A stretch of 64,000 nt of DNA. It comes from Plasmodiophora brassicae. Its lineage: Eukaryota. Positions 62,977 to 64,000 of the stretch are shown piece after piece (position 1 is the first letter of the stretch; the number at the start of each line of letters is the position of its first letter). The stretch is taken from positions 930,001-994,000 of the forward strand of contig CP145415.1 of the NCBI GenBank assembly GCA_036867785.1. The letters run 5' to 3'. The position numbers and the translations under genes are program-made. Under the pieces are notes generated by a model, which was given only the letters and a program-made list of their open reading frames with translations, did no database searches and was not told the DNA's origin.

Positions 62977-64000
62977 ATGAATGCAGGCGCGGGTGCGAAG
63001 GCGCGCCCACGTGGCGTCCCGATCCAGGTGGTCGCCCGCCTGGCGTCTGGCAGCGGCGGCGCCAGCGTCCAGGCGACCGACCGGCGCCTGGTCACATCGG
63101 CCGGCGACGCGTTCGAGTTCGGGTCAGTGCACGACAACGCCTCGGTCCAGGTCGTCTACAACCGGGACCTGGCCCTGGTCGTCGGCACCGTTCCCGATGG
63201 GCAGAACTGTACGATCCTGTCGCTGGGCGCCACCGGCTCGGGCAAACGCCAGTTCCTGTTCGACGCCGACGCGCCCTGCGTCGCCGCGCTGGCCGTCTCC
63301 CAGCTGCTGGCGGCGACCCGCTCCCGACCCGACACCGACCTCGCCGTCCAGTTCATCGAGATCTTCAACGACACCGTTCACGACCTGCTGGCGTCCGCGC
63401 CGTCGCCCACCCCGCTGACGGTCGACGATAGCGAGTTCGGGCCGGTGGTCCCTCGCGCCCGATCCATCACCTGCGCGGACGACCACGACTTCGCCATCGT
63501 CCTGTCCGATGGCGTCGCCCGTCGAACCAGGGCCATGTCCGAGCACGGGCCGTTCGCCGATCGTGCATCGTGCGTCATGCTCGTGACGGTGACAACGCGC
63601 GCCGGGCCCTGCCCGCGACGGACGCGCCTGATGCTGGCCGAGGTGCCCGGCGCCGAGAAGCTGGCCGTCGACGTCGGCACGTTGCGCGCCACCGAAGGCC
63701 TGCAGATCAACCGGGAGCTGATCGCCCTCGACAACGTCGTCCGGGCGCTGAGCGACGGCGACGACCAGGCCGACTTTGCGAATTACGCCGAGTCCAGGAC
63801 GACCGAGGTGCTCGGCGACGCGCTGGGTGGCAACGCGAACGCGGTCGCCGTCGTCCACGTGGTCGCCAGCGACCCGCTCCCGGCAACGCTGGCCGCGTGC
63901 CGATTGGCGCGCGCGATGAAGAGCGTCGTCAACTACCCGATCGTGAACGACGAGCGCGCCCAGGGCCTGATCCGAGTCCTGCGCCTGCGGTACATGGCGC
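62977..64000 (+). CDS. Divergent kinesin-like motor-domain protein, 3' end runs off the window
   Basis: Open frame from ATG 62977 to the window end (absent from the ORF track): IQVVARL, FEFGSV, GQNCTILSLGATGSGKR, QFIEIFNDTVHDLL, EGLQINRELIALDNVVRAL, SRTTEVLGDALGGN. Confidence 0.85.
   Translation, partial: MNAGAGAKARPRGVPIQVVARLASGSGGASVQATDRRLVTSAGDAFEFGSVHDNASVQVVYNRDLALVVGTVPDGQNCTILSLGATGSGKRQFLFDADAPCVAALAVSQLLAATRSRPDTDLAVQFIEIFNDTVHDLLASAPSPTPLTVDDSEFGPVVPRARSITCADDHDFAIVLSDGVARRTRAMSEHGPFADRASCVMLVTVTTRAGPCPRRTRLMLAEVPGAEKLAVDVGTLRATEGLQINRELIALDNVVRALSDGDDQADFANYAESRTTEVLGDALGGNANAVAVVHVVASDPLPATLAACRLARAMKSVVNYPIVNDERAQGLIRVLRLRYMA

Noticed and set aside
1-64000. Prokaryotic interpretation (operons, CRISPR arrays, defence islands)
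   Set aside because: Genes are interrupted by GT-AG introns and encode eukaryote-specific proteins (eIF5A, VPS13, SNAREs, RhoGAP, kinesin). No repeat-spacer array was seen.

Overview
Eukaryotic, GC-rich, very gene-dense genomic DNA with many short (about 40-70 nt) GT-AG introns, so most genes are split across several entries of the ORF track. Short introns, a flagellar gene (CFAP298), secreted ankyrin, Kazal and double-psi-barrel proteins, and orphan 7TM proteins suggest a zoosporic plant-parasitic protist such as a plasmodiophorid (Plasmodiophora-like). That taxonomy is inference. About 35 genes can be read. They include a two-pore channel, allantoinase, a Kazal inhibitor, PET100, an ankyrin effector candidate, eIF5A, mitochondrial Lon, a Tweety/prominin-like protein, a PPAT-HD fusion, a PPR protein, VPS13B, CFAP298, a cluster of secreted proteins, a GH47 mannosidase, a PA-7TM protein, ACMSD, three short R-SNAREs, two paralogous 7TM genes, a PH-RhoGAP, tRNA-Arg(ACG) and a degenerate kinesin. 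The most notable observations are: (1) a spliced in-frame fusion of a CoA-biosynthesis adenylyltransferase to an HD-superfamily hydrolase; (2) a ~32-aa Cys-bracketed module repeated across two adjacent secreted proteins, in a secreted-gene cluster whose upstream gaps carry clustered TGA(G/C)TCA sites; (3) a signal peptide + SKP1/BTB-like + ankyrin protein; (4) a two-pore channel with acidic residues in both filters. Exon boundaries were read by eye and family calls come from recognised motifs, not database searches.
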